DNA of 64,000 bases from Nitrospirota bacterium. GTDB taxonomy: Bacteria > Nitrospirota > Thermodesulfovibrionia > Thermodesulfovibrionales > Dissulfurispiraceae. Made by a program: the position numbers and the translations under genes. The stretch's first letter is position 1, and each line of letters opens with the position of its first letter. Positions 31,837 to 43,382 of the stretch are shown here, piece after piece. The stretch is taken from assembly GCA_963710375.1 (NCBI GenBank), contig CAVPZX010000005.1:448001-512000 (forward strand), read 5' to 3'. The notes below the pieces were generated by a model. It searched no databases, had not been told where the DNA came from, and was given only the letters and a program-made list of their open reading frames with translations.

Positions 31837-34383
31837 ATGCAAAACAGCTTGGGTGAAGCTGAAATAAAGCTTTTCCAGTTTCTAGAGACCCTGCCAATGG
31901 GGATTTTTGTTCTGGACTCACAAGGAACATCCTGTTATGCAAATACAAAAGCGCAGGAAATGCTCGGCAAAGTGGTGACGGTAGACACCCAAGCCAGTCA
32001 GTTGGTTGATACCTTTAATGCATACGTAGCAGGTACCGACCGTAAATACCCGCAAGAAGAAATGCCCATAGTCCGGGCACTTGCAGGTGAGACTGTCACT
32101 GTTAATGATATAGAGATACGCAGAGGCGACAGAAGTGTCTACCTTGCAGTGACAGGGTATCCGGTTTATGACGAAACAGGCTCGCTTCTGTACGCTGTTG
32201 CCGCCTGCACCGATATTACTCGCCTTAAAGAGACCGATGCCTACCGTGTCAATTATATTGAAACGCTTGAAGGGTTTGCCAGCCAGCTGATGTCTGCGGA
32301 GGGACAGCTAAAAAAATCCTATGAAACAACAAGGAGCATTATAGAGAAGGCGCCGCTGGGCATCATTGTGATGAACGAGGACGGAAAGGTCGAGTACGTC
32401 AATAAGGCTATGCTTGACCTGGGTGGTGCGACCGAGCAGCAACTGAAAAACACAAATTTATTGGAACTCCCCGCTTACCAGGCAAAAGGACTTGACCGAT
32501 TAATAAAAGATGTCTTCAAGGGAATAACTTTCACGAGTGAAACATTTGAATACACTTCACATTTCGGCAACAAAACGAGCTTTAGGAAATTCACAGGCAT
32601 TCCTTTCTGCGAGGGCCTAAATAAGAAAGCGCTGATTTTTATCGAAGATCTGACCGAACAGAAGAAGGCTGAAAACGTCTTGCGCCAGGCAAAACAGGAC
32701 TGGGAGAACACCTTCAACTCAATTGCCGATATGATTACTATTCACGACCGTGAGTTCAATATCCTGCACGCAAATACCGCCGCACAGGATATTCTCCATC
32801 TGGATTTGTTGGGCCTCGATGGGGCCAAATGTTTTGAGCATTTTCACGGGGAGAAGGAGCCTCACAAAGAATGCGCAGGCTGCGAATGCCTTGTAAACGG
32901 CAAATATACGGTTTCAGAGATGTTCGAACCGCACCTGAACAAATTCATCGAGGTGCGGGCAACCCCCCGTTTTGATGCACAAAAAGATATCACCAGGGTA
33001 ATCCATGTTGTACGTGATATCACGGAACGTAAAAAACTCGAAAATGATCTCATGCATCAGGCCCTCTATGACACACTCACCAATCTGCCCAACAGGGTGC
33101 TCCTGCTTGACCGCATTCAAAACCTTTATGACCACCAGAAAAGACAGAAAAATTTGTTATTCGCGGTTCTTTTCATTGACCTTGACGAATTCAAGAAAAT
33201 CAATGACAGCCTTGGGCACATTATAGGAGATGAGTTGCTCCTTTCTGTGGCGCGACGCCTGTTGGAATTCACAAGACCGGGCGACACCACCTCCCGTTTT
33301 GGAGGTGATGAGTTTGTCATCCTACTTGACGACCTTGTGAGTGAGGAGCATGCCGTAAACGTGGCAGTAAGAATTCATGAAGCCATGCTTTCAGGATTTA
33401 ATCTTAACGGCCGTGAGGTCTTTATCTCCGCAAGCATAGGCATCGCCCTGTCGGACAGTGCTGCTAACAAACCGGAGGACCTGCTGCGAAACGCCGACAT
33501 AGCGATGTATAACGCCAAAACTACAGGCAAAGCACGATATTCTGTTTTTGACAAGAGCATGCATGCGGAAGCCGTTGATTCTCTGACCATCGAGAACGAC
33601 CTGCGGAAAGCTATTCAACGCGACGAACTGCTCGTCTACTACCAGCCTATTGTGGATATTCATACGAAGCGGGTATCAGGGTTCGAGGCTCTGGCCAGAT
33701 GGCTGCATCCTGTGCGGGGATTCATTCCGCCTGCCAAATTCATCCCTATAGCGGAAAGTACCGGACTGATAGAATCGATAGGCGCATTCGTGTTGAAAGA
33801 CGCCTGCAAGTATATCAACCAGATAAACGCTCGGTTCCCTCATGATCCCGCTCTCTATGTAAGCGTGAATTTGTCGGCAAAGCAGTTCAACAGCAAGCTC
33901 CCTGCTCTTGTCGCAGCTGCCCTTCTGGAATCATCCTTGGAGAGCGGCAATTTGAGGCTTGAGATAACCGAGGGCACCATCATGGAAAACATCTTTACGG
34001 CGTCTTCTATTTTGCATGATTTAAAAACAATGGGGGTGCAGGTATACCTTGACGACTTCGGCACGGGATATTCGTCTCTTAACTATCTGCATAAATTCCC
34101 GGTAAACGCATTGAAAATAGACTCCTCATTTACCAGGAACATCCAGGGGGACAAGCAGGCGCAGGAGATACTGAAATCAATACTGGTACTGGCTACCAAC
34201 CTTGAAATGAAAATGATCATAGAGGGAGTGGAAGACCAGGAGCAGCTCAACACATTCAAAGATCTTAACTGCCAATTCATCCAGGGCTTTTTATACTCAC
34301 ATCCTTTACCGACGAGTGAGTTGTTTGCATTTATGGAGCAAGCGGAAGAATTTGTAGCGCGTATTACTGATAAGTTGCGATAA
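31837..34383 (+). CDS. PAS-GGDEF-EAL protein
   Basis: Three PAS-like segments, FGGDEF, FEALARW, DDFGTGYSS. Confidence 0.93.
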   Translation: MQNSLGEAEIKLFQFLETLPMGIFVLDSQGTSCYANTKAQEMLGKVVTVDTQASQLVDTFNAYVAGTDRKYPQEEMPIVRALAGETVTVNDIEIRRGDRSVYLAVTGYPVYDETGSLLYAVAACTDITRLKETDAYRVNYIETLEGFASQLMSAEGQLKKSYETTRSIIEKAPLGIIVMNEDGKVEYVNKAMLDLGGATEQQLKNTNLLELPAYQAKGLDRLIKDVFKGITFTSETFEYTSHFGNKTSFRKFTGIPFCEGLNKKALIFIEDLTEQKKAENVLRQAKQDWENTFNSIADMITIHDREFNILHANTAAQDILHLDLLGLDGAKCFEHFHGEKEPHKECAGCECLVNGKYTVSEMFEPHLNKFIEVRATPRFDAQKDITRVIHVVRDITERKKLENDLMHQALYDTLTNLPNRVLLLDRIQNLYDHQKRQKNLLFAVLFIDLDEFKKINDSLGHIIGDELLLSVARRLLEFTRPGDTTSRFGGDEFVILLDDLVSEEHAVNVAVRIHEAMLSGFNLNGREVFISASIGIALSDSAANKPEDLLRNADIAMYNAKTTGKARYSVFDKSMHAEAVDSLTIENDLRKAIQRDELLVYYQPIVDIHTKRVSGFEALARWLHPVRGFIPPAKFIPIAESTGLIESIGAFVLKDACKYINQINARFPHDPALYVSVNLSAKQFNSKLPALVAAALLESSLESGNLRLEITEGTIMENIFTASSILHDLKTMGVQVYLDDFGTGYSSLNYLHKFPVNALKIDSSFTRNIQGDKQAQEILKSILVLATNLEMKMIIEGVEDQEQLNTFKDLNCQFIQGFLYSHPLPTSELFAFMEQAEEFVARITDKLR

Positions 34384-34413
34384 CCAATAAAAAAGCGTTA
34401 TAGCGTGCTCGGA

Positions 34414-35400
34414 TCAAGCCGGCTTTTGTCCTGTCACAAGACAGTCCATGACATCCCCGTACCGCACCTGCTGCACATTATTAAATCCCGCCCTTTCGAG
34501 CCCTTCTTTCACTTCTTTAAAGGTATAGGTGTCCCCACCTCGGGTGTTTACGAGCATATTAATGGCGAACATGGCTCCTGCCGGCGGTTTCGTGCGGGAC
34601 TCGTCCATGATGTGGTCCCGGATTAGCAATGTTCCGCCGGGTTCCAGGGCCCTAAAAATCTTTGTGTATAGATCCAGATTTTTCTCCTGACTGTTTTGAT
34701 GGATGATAGCCGACAGGAGCGCCAGATCGCATCCTCCGGGAAGCTCGTCCTCGTAAAAGTCCCCTGCAACGAGATCAACACGGTTTTCGATCCCTTTCTT
34801 TAAAAGTCTTTCTCTGGCCATGGGAATTACATTCCCAAGATCGAAAAGCGCCGCTGTCATAGTCGTGTTGCGGCGCAGGAACGCGATAGTGTAACTACCG
34901 GAACCTCCGCCAATATCGAGCAACCGTTTAAATCTGCCAAGATCGAAATCCCCGGCTATCTTTTGAGCGAGCTCCCGGCCTACGACATGCATGGCGCCGA
35001 TGAATGACTTCCAGCCTTCATCATCCCTTAGCATGCCCGGCTCCGGTTCGGCGTGTCCCCCTTCCATAACAACTTCCGTGAGATTGCTCCATGTGTCCCA
35101 CAGGCGGTTCATGTGCAGAAGCATCGGCAGGACAGTTTGCGGATGGAGTGATGAATAGAACGCACCATTTTCCGTTGGTTTGTAGACGCTGTCCTGTTTT
35201 TCCAAAAGACCGAAGGTGACCAGGCAGTCCAGAACCCTGGTAGTGGCCCGCGCATCAAGCCCCTTCTCCAGGGCCAGTTCACCGGCGCTGCACGGTTTTT
35301 CATCCAGACTGGTGAAAAAGTTGAGTTCTGCCGCAGTCAAAATCACGCGGCTTTTCATAAACCCTCTGGCTTCAGCTATAACAACATCTGCCTGTCCCAA
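34414..35400 (-). CDS. SAM-dependent O-methyltransferase (dimerisation domain type)
   Basis: LLDIGGGSG, AGDF; TTG start after GGGAGG. Confidence 0.85.
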   Translation of the reverse strand: MGQADVVIAEARGFMKSRVILTAAELNFFTSLDEKPCSAGELALEKGLDARATTRVLDCLVTFGLLEKQDSVYKPTENGAFYSSLHPQTVLPMLLHMNRLWDTWSNLTEVVMEGGHAEPEPGMLRDDEGWKSFIGAMHVVGRELAQKIAGDFDLGRFKRLLDIGGGSGSYTIAFLRRNTTMTAALFDLGNVIPMARERLLKKGIENRVDLVAGDFYEDELPGGCDLALLSAIIHQNSQEKNLDLYTKIFRALEPGGTLLIRDHIMDESRTKPPAGAMFAINMLVNTRGGDTYTFKEVKEGLERAGFNNVQQVRYGDVMDCLVTGQKPA

Positions 35401-35411
35401 TATCCGCCTCC

Positions 35412-36437
35412 CTAAATTTCTCTTCCGACTGCCTGAGCTACCAGTTTCAATTCCTGCATGAGCTTTGCAAAGTAGTCCGGGCGTAGAGATTGCTCTCCAT
35501 CGGAAAATGCCTCTTCCGGATTCGTGTGGACCTCGATCATAAGCGCATCGGTTCCTGCTGCAACCGCGGCTTTTGCCATAGGGGCAACGAGGTCCCATTT
35601 CCCCACCCCGTGACTCGGATCGACAACAACAGGCAAGTGAGTAAGTTGCTTGAGGACAGGCACCGCGCTGAGGTCAAGTGTATTTCTGGTGGCAGTCTCA
35701 AACGTCCTGATACCCCGTTCGCATAGCATGACATTATGGTTGCCGCGGGACATGATGTATTCAGCTGACATTAACCATTCTTTAATAGTAGAGGAGAGAC
35801 CGCGTTTCAACAGTACCGGCTTGTTGACCGCGCCTACCTCGAGAAGGAGCCTGAAATTCTGCATGTTCCTAGCGCCGATCTGGATAATGTCGGCGTATTC
35901 AATAATTTTGTCAATGTCGCGCGGGTCCATAATTTCGGTAACGACCGGGAGCCCTGTTTTTTTGCTCGCCTCGGCAAGGTATTTGAGTCCTTCCTCACCC
36001 AGACCCTGGAAGGAATAGGGGGATGTCCTCGGCTTGTATGCGCCGCCCCTTAAGAATGTGGCGCCGGCGCTTTTTACCTTTTCTGCAATATTTGTAAGAA
36101 TCGTATTGTTCTCCACCGCGCATGGACCGGCAATGACCTGGATTTTTTTCCCGCCGATGACGATCCCCTTCACCGTTATCTCAGTGCTTTCTTTTTTGAA
36201 GTCACGGCTCGCGAGCTTGTAAGGCTTTAATATACGAACTATATTTTCAACGCCGGTCATTGCCCTGAGCGCGTCTTCTTCATCCTCGGTGACCTTGGAG
36301 GTGTCGCCGATAACACCGATGATCGTCCGCTCTGTGCCCTGCGATACGTGCGCCTTCAGTCCTTTGCTCTCAAGTTTTTTGAGAATATGCCTGATATCTT
36401 CTTCAGCAGTCTCAGGCTTTAAAACAATAATGTCCAT
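35412..36437 (-). CDS. aroF: DAHP synthase (type I-beta)
   Basis: [24 protein letters not shown]. Confidence 0.95.
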   Translation of the reverse strand: MDIIVLKPETAEEDIRHILKKLESKGLKAHVSQGTERTIIGVIGDTSKVTEDEEDALRAMTGVENIVRILKPYKLASRDFKKESTEITVKGIVIGGKKIQVIAGPCAVENNTILTNIAEKVKSAGATFLRGGAYKPRTSPYSFQGLGEEGLKYLAEASKKTGLPVVTEIMDPRDIDKIIEYADIIQIGARNMQNFRLLLEVGAVNKPVLLKRGLSSTIKEWLMSAEYIMSRGNHNVMLCERGIRTFETATRNTLDLSAVPVLKQLTHLPVVVDPSHGVGKWDLVAPMAKAAVAAGTDALMIEVHTNPEEAFSDGEQSLRPDYFAKLMQELKLVAQAVGREI

Positions 36438-36532
36438 AACTCCTCCTCTGCAAAAATGCAATTAAGAATTACGAATTAGGAATTACGAATAAATGAGCAT
36501 GATCTTTTTCCATAATTTCTAATTCTTAATTC

Positions 36533-37634
36533 CTAATTCTCAATTGCCTTTTTTAGTGCTTTTATAAAGCGTCTGTTTTCTTCGGGAAGTCCTATAGTTA
36601 CCCGTACCTCTTTGGCTCCCATGGGCCTTACTATGACGCCTTCATGCAGCAGTGAGTTGTATAGGGGGCCCGAGTTGAACAGGCAACCGCAGGTAAATAA
36701 AGTTTGCTTCAGTAGGAACAAAGGACAGTTTGAGAGATGAGAGTTCTCCGTATAGGAACCGTTTCCCTTCCTCATTAACGCTAATGGATCTCTCAAGATG
36801 ACCTGTGTCATCAAGGGCAGACCGGGCAGCTAATTGTGAAAGCGAGGTCGTATTAAACGGTAGCCTGATCCTGTCGAGGTCGGCAAGGAGTTCTTTTTTT
36901 GCAATGCCGTAGCCTATTCTGAATCCTGCAAGCCCGTATGCTTTGGAGAATGTTCTGAGTATGAGAATGTCTTTGTCGCTGCCGAGGTACTTAAAGGTAT
37001 CAGGATATGACGGGTCAGTGACATATTCATAATATGCCTCATCAACGATTACGAGCACTCCCTCCGGGACCCTGTTCATGAACGCTTCGAACTCATCCCT
37101 TCTGTTGATTGTGCCGGTAGGGTTGTTTGGGTTCGCGATAAAGACCATTTTTGTTTTTCCTGTAATGGCATCAGCCATTTTTGTGAGGTCGTGCCGGAAA
37201 TCGGTTAGAGGCACCTGTATGGAAATCCCGTTTACCGACTGCACAGACATGGAATAAACAATAAACGAGGGCGTCGCCATAACTGCCTCATCTCCATATC
37301 CCATAAATGTCCGAACAGCTGTGTCTAACAATTCGTTTGAGCCATTGCCGAGTATTATCTCATCAGGACTTACGGTTACTCCCTGCAAAGAGAGCTTTTC
37401 TGAAAGTGCGTTTTTAAGGTAGTAGCCGCCGCCGTCGGGATAACGGTTCAGTTCTCCTCCGGTTTTAATATGTTCTCTTACTGCATCCAGTGCCTTTGGC
37501 GATGGACCGAGTGGGTTTTCATTGGATGCCAGCTTGATACACTCCTCAATGCCGAGCTCGCGCTCAAGCTCTTCCATTGGTTTGCCCGGTATATAGGGCT
37601 TGATACGCGATACATAATCACACGGTTTTATCAT
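36533..37634 (-). CDS. hisC: histidinol-phosphate aminotransferase, +1 frameshift near 36680
   Basis: KLASNENP, NPNNPTG, RTFSKAYGLAGFR; C-terminal RVTIG..EEN in the next frame. Confidence 0.9.
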
Positions 37635-37637
37635 TAT

Positions 37638-38762
37638 TCATCCTTTATCCATACTCTCATCTGCTTTATCCATACTCTCATCTGCAGGGTAAGACCCCAA
37701 ATGCTTGAGGTAAAGAGACTTCTCCCGTACGTTGTCAAGTGCTTTTTTGACTTTTTTATCCTCTATATGTCCTTCCATATCTACAAAGAAAATATATTCC
37801 CACGCCTTTCTTTTAGATGGCCTGGATTCGATCTTGGATAGGTTTAATCCGGCTTCCCTGAAAGCATAGAGCACTTCGTACAGCGCTCCGGGCTTATCTT
37901 TTACGGAGCACAAAATCGATGTCTTGTCCCTGCCGGTCCTTGATGGGAAAGTTTTTGCTATGACCAGAAAACGCGTATAATTGTCTTTCCTGTCTTCTAT
38001 GTGCTTTTCGATAAACCGCAGGTCGTAAAGCCTGGCAGCCATTTCACTCGCAATTGCGGCAACATCGGGATTCTTGGATGCGAGCTCGGCAGCCTTTGCC
38101 GTGCTTGCGCATTCATGGAGCGGAATGTTGGGCATATTTGCAGCAAGCCATATCTTGCACTGAGCAATGGGTTGCGGGTGAGAAAAGATCTTTTTCACCT
38201 TTTTCCTGTCGCCGCTCCTGGACAAGAGATTCTGCGATACTTCCAGAAGCTCTTCCGCGCATATTTTCAGATCGTAGTCCATAAACATATCAAGCGTGGA
38301 ACTTACAACGCCTTCATTGGAATTCTCTATCGGCACAAGGCCGTAATCAGTTTTTCCTCCCTCAACAGCATCAAAAACCCCTTTAATGCTGTCTACCGGC
38401 ATATAATGCGCCGAGTGCCCGAAGTGCCGGAGCGCCGCAAGGTGGGTGAATGTTCCACCAGGACCGAAATAGGCTATTTTGAGCGGCTCCTCAAGGGAGA
38501 GCGAAGCCGAAATGATCTCCCTGAATATGACTTTTAATGCCTCATTTGGGAAAGGTCCTTTGTTTAAAGAGGTGACGTATTTTATAATTTCCCTCTCACG
38601 CTCCGGTGAGTGGAATTTAAGATTGGCCGATCTTTTTATTTTTGCTATATCAACGGCCAGATTTGCTCTTCTATTTAAGAGTTCGACTATTCCCGAGTCG
38701 ATAGCATCTATTTCCCGCCGCTTCGTCTCGATGTTTGGAGTTTTATTTTTTCGCACGCCCAT
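37638..38762 (-). CDS. pheA: chorismate mutase/prephenate dehydratase
   Basis: CM domain, PIENS, NYTRF, IESRP, LGSYP. Confidence 0.95.
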   Translation of the reverse strand: MGVRKNKTPNIETKRREIDAIDSGIVELLNRRANLAVDIAKIKRSANLKFHSPEREREIIKYVTSLNKGPFPNEALKVIFREIISASLSLEEPLKIAYFGPGGTFTHLAALRHFGHSAHYMPVDSIKGVFDAVEGGKTDYGLVPIENSNEGVVSSTLDMFMDYDLKICAEELLEVSQNLLSRSGDRKKVKKIFSHPQPIAQCKIWLAANMPNIPLHECASTAKAAELASKNPDVAAIASEMAARLYDLRFIEKHIEDRKDNYTRFLVIAKTFPSRTGRDKTSILCSVKDKPGALYEVLYAFREAGLNLSKIESRPSKRKAWEYIFFVDMEGHIEDKKVKKALDNVREKSLYLKHLGSYPADESMDKADESMDKG

Positions 38763-38837
38763 GGTTTTTAATAGTACAGGAATATTCTTTGTTTTTTCAA
38801 TTCACTATGACCCATAACCTGTTTTTTATACAGCCTG

Positions 38838-40262
38838 TTACCTGCCTTTTGTATGCAGCTTGCGGAGTCTTATTATATTTGTCTTCCCCAGGAACGGTGA
38901 GCTTGCAACAAAAACAATACTGTCTCCATTTTTTATGAGGCCGTCCTTAATCAATGACCTATCTATATCAGCCGTGGAATGGATGTCCAGAATCTCACTG
39001 TTTCCGAGCTTGATCATTTTTCCTGTGACGCCCCAGTAAAGCGGCATTTGTCTCAGCGCCGTTTCGTCGGTAGTTAATGCAATAACAGGAATTTCAGGCT
39101 TTATTTTGGCAAGGAGCCTGGCGGTAAACCCAGAAACAGTAAAGACCACGATGGCCTTGGCCCCGATATCGCGTGCTGCGTTGCAGGCGCCGTCGGCAAT
39201 CGCCTCAGGAAACCTGTTTCCGGGCTGATAGGGGGACTGAATTTTTTGAAAAAGGGTTTCTTCGGTATATCTTATTATGGTATCCATCATTTTAAATGAT
39301 TCAATCGGGTATTTACCTGATGCAGTTTCGGCCGATAGCATCAGAGCATCAGTCCCGTCAAGAACGGCATTGGCCACATCGGAAGCCTCTGCCCTGGTCG
39401 GTCGTGTATGCTTTGTCATGGACTCAAGCATCTGGGTGGCAGTGATCACCAGCTTACCTTTTTTGTTTGCAAGATCGATGAGCATCTTCTGGATGATGGG
39501 CACCTTTTCAGTCGGCATCTCGACGCCCAAGTCACCTCTTGCCACCATGATTCCGTCAACCATTTCAATAATGTCGTTTATGTTATTTATAGCTTCCGGT
39601 TTTTCGATCTTTGCTATCAGGGGAGGGAGGGTTATCCCTTTTCGTTTTGCCCATCTCAAAACGATGTCGATGTCGTCCGGCGTTCTCACAAAAGAAATAG
39701 CTACATAATCGACGCCCATGGACAGGCCGAACTCCAGGTCCGACCGGTCCTTCGCGGTAAAGGCACGAAGTGTGGTCTTTGATGAGGGGAGGTTGACGCC
39801 TTTTTTCGATTTTATCACTCCCCCTTCAATGACCTTTGCCCTGAGCGCATTTGGCGATTTGCCGAGCACGGTCAGCTTGATCAGGCCGTCGTCAATCACT
39901 ATATTCTCTCCCTCCTTAACATCTTTAAGCAGGGCGGGATAAGATATGAACAACTTTTCTCGTGTGCTTATGTCCCTTCCGGGGGAAATGGAGACTTCCT
40001 GGCCCCTCTTGAGCAGAAAGCTTTCGCCTTCGACATCGCCCAGCCTTATCTTTATTCCCTGGAGGTCCTGTAGGATCGAAACCACTCTTTTTTGCCTCCG
40101 GGATTCCTCGCGCACAATTGATGCAACTTTGCCTTGCGTTTTGTGGTCGCCGTGCGAGAAGTTTAACCGTGCCACATCCATGCCGCTCATTATCAGTGAG
40201 CGAATCATTTTGTGTGTGTTTGTTGAGGGACCGATAGTGCAGACAATTTTTGCTTTTCTCAT
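38838..40262 (-). CDS. pyk: pyruvate kinase
   Basis: KIVCTIGP, RLNFSHG, MVARGDLGVE, ATQMLESM. Confidence 0.96.
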   Translation of the reverse strand: MRKAKIVCTIGPSTNTHKMIRSLIMSGMDVARLNFSHGDHKTQGKVASIVREESRRQKRVVSILQDLQGIKIRLGDVEGESFLLKRGQEVSISPGRDISTREKLFISYPALLKDVKEGENIVIDDGLIKLTVLGKSPNALRAKVIEGGVIKSKKGVNLPSSKTTLRAFTAKDRSDLEFGLSMGVDYVAISFVRTPDDIDIVLRWAKRKGITLPPLIAKIEKPEAINNINDIIEMVDGIMVARGDLGVEMPTEKVPIIQKMLIDLANKKGKLVITATQMLESMTKHTRPTRAEASDVANAVLDGTDALMLSAETASGKYPIESFKMMDTIIRYTEETLFQKIQSPYQPGNRFPEAIADGACNAARDIGAKAIVVFTVSGFTARLLAKIKPEIPVIALTTDETALRQMPLYWGVTGKMIKLGNSEILDIHSTADIDRSLIKDGLIKNGDSIVFVASSPFLGKTNIIRLRKLHTKGR

Positions 40263-40280
40263 AAACGCTCCTTAAAACAT

Positions 40281-40356
40281 CAGGTTAAGGCTAAGGTTAA
40301 GGTTAAGATCAAGATCAAGCATTTTTTTTCTTAACCTCAACCTTAACCTCAGCCTG
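40281..40356. repeat. inverted hexamer array (GGTTAA/TTAACC family)
   Basis: Visible directly between pyk and nadB. Confidence 0.8.
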
Positions 40357-41920
40357 TTTTTATTTGTGTGGTGCTGTGTTTAAGGCGTCCCTTTCCTTTT
40401 GACGGGTAGTCAGAACGGTAATGGGCTCCCACACTTTCTTTTCTCCTTAATGCCGCCTCTGTAATGATAATAGAAACGGTAAGCATGTTCTTCAACTCGA
40501 TATCTCTCCTTGAAACAAAGTCCATATCGAGAATAAATTTCCATTCGGAAAGAAGCTTCAGTGCCTCCCCGAGAGATGTTTCGCTCCGTATTATACCTAC
40601 ATTTTTCCACATAATATCTCTGAGAGATTCCCGCACTCTATCTGAATCGGGGAGCGTATTATCCGATTTTATGGGAGAACATATTGCCCTTAAGTCTTTT
40701 TCTGCTTCAGAATTCCCGTGCTCCGGATCTGCAGAATAAGTTTGTCGTGCTGCGGCCCGGCCCGCCCTGTATCCATACACTAGTCCCTCGAGCAGGCTGT
40801 TGCTTGCAAGCCGGTTGGCGCCGTGAACACCGGTGCAGGAGACTTCACCAGCCGCATACAGCCCCTGCACCGACGTGCAGCCGTTGTTGTCTGTCCTTAC
40901 CCCGCCCATGAAGTAGTGTGCAGCAGGGGAAACCGGGATCAAGTCGCCGGTTATGTCAACCGCGTACTGAAGACAGGTGGAATAAATCCTCGGGAAGCGG
41001 TTTTTTATGAACTTGCCGTCAATGTGCCTGAGATCAAGGTATACGTGGTCTGTTCCTGTAGCGTTCATCTCGGATATGATCGCCCTTGATACCACGTCCC
41101 GTGGAGCAAGCTCCGCATCGGCATGGTAATTCTTCATGAACTGTTCTCCTCTTTTGTTCTTTAAAAGTGCTCCTTCGCCCCGCATGGCCTCGCTGAGCAG
41201 AAATTGAGGGGCAGGAGGCATAAAAAGCGCGGTAGGATGAAACTGAACAAATTCCATATCTTCCAGTATGGCGCCTGCCCGGTAAGCAATAGCCATGCCG
41301 TCGCCAGTTGCCACTGCAGGGTTCGTCGTCCTGGAAAATATCTGTCCAGCTCCTCCGGTGGCAAGCACGGTCGATTTAGCTTCTATGTAATAGCTGTCAG
41401 TTGCGCTTATAGCACATCCGCCCCGGCAAGTTCCACTCTTAATAATGAGGTCAACGGCAGTGCTGAAAGGAAGCCTTTCAATATTCTTTTTAGACCTGGC
41501 TTTGCTGATAAGCACCCTTTCCAGTTCCTTGCCTGTTGAATCGCCATGGGAGTGCAGGATTCTGCGGCGTGAATGGGCAGCCTCCATCGTGAAAGCGAGT
41601 TTTGTCCCCTCGTGGTCAAATTCAGCGCCCCACTCAATAAGTTCGGATATCCTGCTTGGACCCTCTTCTACGAGCACGCGCACCGCTGCCTCTTTGCAGA
41701 GACCTGCGCCTGCTTTAATCGTATCTTCAAAGTGAATTCCCACCTCATCCTCATCGCTCAGTGCAACTGCAACGCCGCCCTGAGCATATTCCGTACTGCT
41801 TTCGGTGGGGACATCTTTTGTCACTACGAGGACGCCGCCGTAATCTGCAAGCTCTATGGCCGACCTTAGTCCGGCAACTCCGCTGCCGATGACGAGGAAG
41901 TCAGTCGTTATTTTTTGCAT
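40349..41920 (-). CDS. nadB: L-aspartate oxidase
   Basis: GSGVAG, YAQGG, AAHSRRRILH, QFHPT, HGANRLASNSL. Confidence 0.93.
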   Translation of the reverse strand: MQKITTDFLVIGSGVAGLRSAIELADYGGVLVVTKDVPTESSTEYAQGGVAVALSDEDEVGIHFEDTIKAGAGLCKEAAVRVLVEEGPSRISELIEWGAEFDHEGTKLAFTMEAAHSRRRILHSHGDSTGKELERVLISKARSKKNIERLPFSTAVDLIIKSGTCRGGCAISATDSYYIEAKSTVLATGGAGQIFSRTTNPAVATGDGMAIAYRAGAILEDMEFVQFHPTALFMPPAPQFLLSEAMRGEGALLKNKRGEQFMKNYHADAELAPRDVVSRAIISEMNATGTDHVYLDLRHIDGKFIKNRFPRIYSTCLQYAVDITGDLIPVSPAAHYFMGGVRTDNNGCTSVQGLYAAGEVSCTGVHGANRLASNSLLEGLVYGYRAGRAAARQTYSADPEHGNSEAEKDLRAICSPIKSDNTLPDSDRVRESLRDIMWKNVGIIRSETSLGEALKLLSEWKFILDMDFVSRRDIELKNMLTVSIIITEAALRRKESVGAHYRSDYPSKGKGRLKHSTTQIKTG

Positions 41921-42057
41921 AGTATATAAGCTGGCTTTTCAGTGAATTTCAGGTTGGCACTATTCATGTGTCTGAATTCTACCATATTAGGTTGACTCCT
42001 GAGTGCAGATTTAATAAACTTTATAAAAGAGAAAACTTTTATCGGGAGGATGGGTTA

Positions 42058-42552
42058 ATGGGGGGCAATGAGAAAGATGCGCTTGCAGAATCGTTGGCGG
42101 ATTACAAGGGAAAGGTCAACCCTGTAGTCAAGGCCACGCTTACATGGGATAAGGACCTTATATTTGTGGGGAGGACTAATGAAGGGTATGAGATAGAGTT
42201 TGATGCCAACGTCCAGTGGGGCTGCAAGCCGACCGATGCATTGATTCTCAGTCTTGCCGGATGCATGGGAATTGATGTGTTAATGTTTCTGCAGAAGATG
42301 CGCGCGGAGATTGCTGAGTTTAAAATCACCACTGTAGGTGAGAGGAACCCTACGCCGCCGCAGTACTTCAAGGCAATTGAAATGACTCTGCATATAGCCG
42401 GAAAGCACCTCAACCCAAAAAAGGTCGAAAGGGCGGTGTCCCTGTCACATGAGAAGTACTGCTCTGTCTATAACTCACTCAGAAAAGATATGGATGTTAA
42501 GGTGAAGTATGTCCTTGAGGATAAAGAGCCGGCAGCAGAGACTGCTAAATGA
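42058..42552 (+). CDS. OsmC-family protein
   Basis: LAGCMGIDV, LSHEKYCSV. Confidence 0.88.
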   Translation: MGGNEKDALAESLADYKGKVNPVVKATLTWDKDLIFVGRTNEGYEIEFDANVQWGCKPTDALILSLAGCMGIDVLMFLQKMRAEIAEFKITTVGERNPTPPQYFKAIEMTLHIAGKHLNPKKVERAVSLSHEKYCSVYNSLRKDMDVKVKYVLEDKEPAAETAK

Positions 42553-42573
42553 GCGCTTAGGAACGTGGCCAGC

Positions 42574-43282
42574 ATGTCATTGACAGCCGGGATCATTGTT
42601 TCTACGCCGGGAGAAGCAGACTCTGTTGCTCAGTAACCTTGAGGCGAAAAGGACACTGACACACCAGAATAAATCTTTCTTTTCAGGTCTGATCAACGGA
42701 AATGCACGAACTGTTATATGCATATGCGGCGTGGGTAAGACCAATGCATCTCACGGGACAACTCTTCTTCTTGAACGGTTCGGGCCCGACCATGTCTATA
42801 GCATCGGGGTTGCCGGCGCGTATCCGGGTTCAGGCTTGAACATCGGGGACGTGGCTGTTGCGGAAAACGAATTTTACGGTGATGAAGGAATACTGACTGA
42901 AAGCGGTTTTCATACAATTGAGGCGCTAGGTATGCCCCTTGTTTCAGTCAGAGGGAACGAATATTACAACAAATTTCCTCTTGTTGTTCCTGAGGCATTT
43001 AAAGGCAGCAGATCGAAGGGCAATTTTGTCAGTGTTTCCACCTGTACCGGTACACTATCCAAGGCCATAGAGTTGGAGAAGAGGTTTAATGCAATATGCG
43101 AAAACATGGAAGGCGCTGCCGTCGCCCATATCTGCGCCCTGAACAACATACCAGTCAGCGAGATCAGGGGCATCAGCAATATAATCGGCACACGCGAGGC
43201 TTCTCCTCTGGAAACCGCTGCTATCCGTGCTGCTGCGGAAAACGTTCAGAAAATGCTGATGGGGAAACTGCCGGCTTTCTGA
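42574..43282 (+). CDS. mqnB: futalosine hydrolase, +1 frameshift near 42622
   Basis: GVGKTNA, GVAGAY, ENMEGAAVAH, EIRGISN; native-looking N-terminus MSLTAGIIVSTPGEA is in the preceding frame. Confidence 0.8.
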
Positions 43283-43382
43283 TATTACAAACAGGTAAAG
43301 GCATAGGCAAAGGTATAGACAGAGTTCTCGCTTAGTGGGTCAGCTTTCTTTTTTTCTTTACCTTTACCTTAACCTGCTATTT

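Noticed and set aside
35401..35598. Long N-terminal extension of the O-methyltransferase ORF
   Set aside because: Overlaps aroF; a TTG at 35400 with a GGGAGG RBS is the more plausible start
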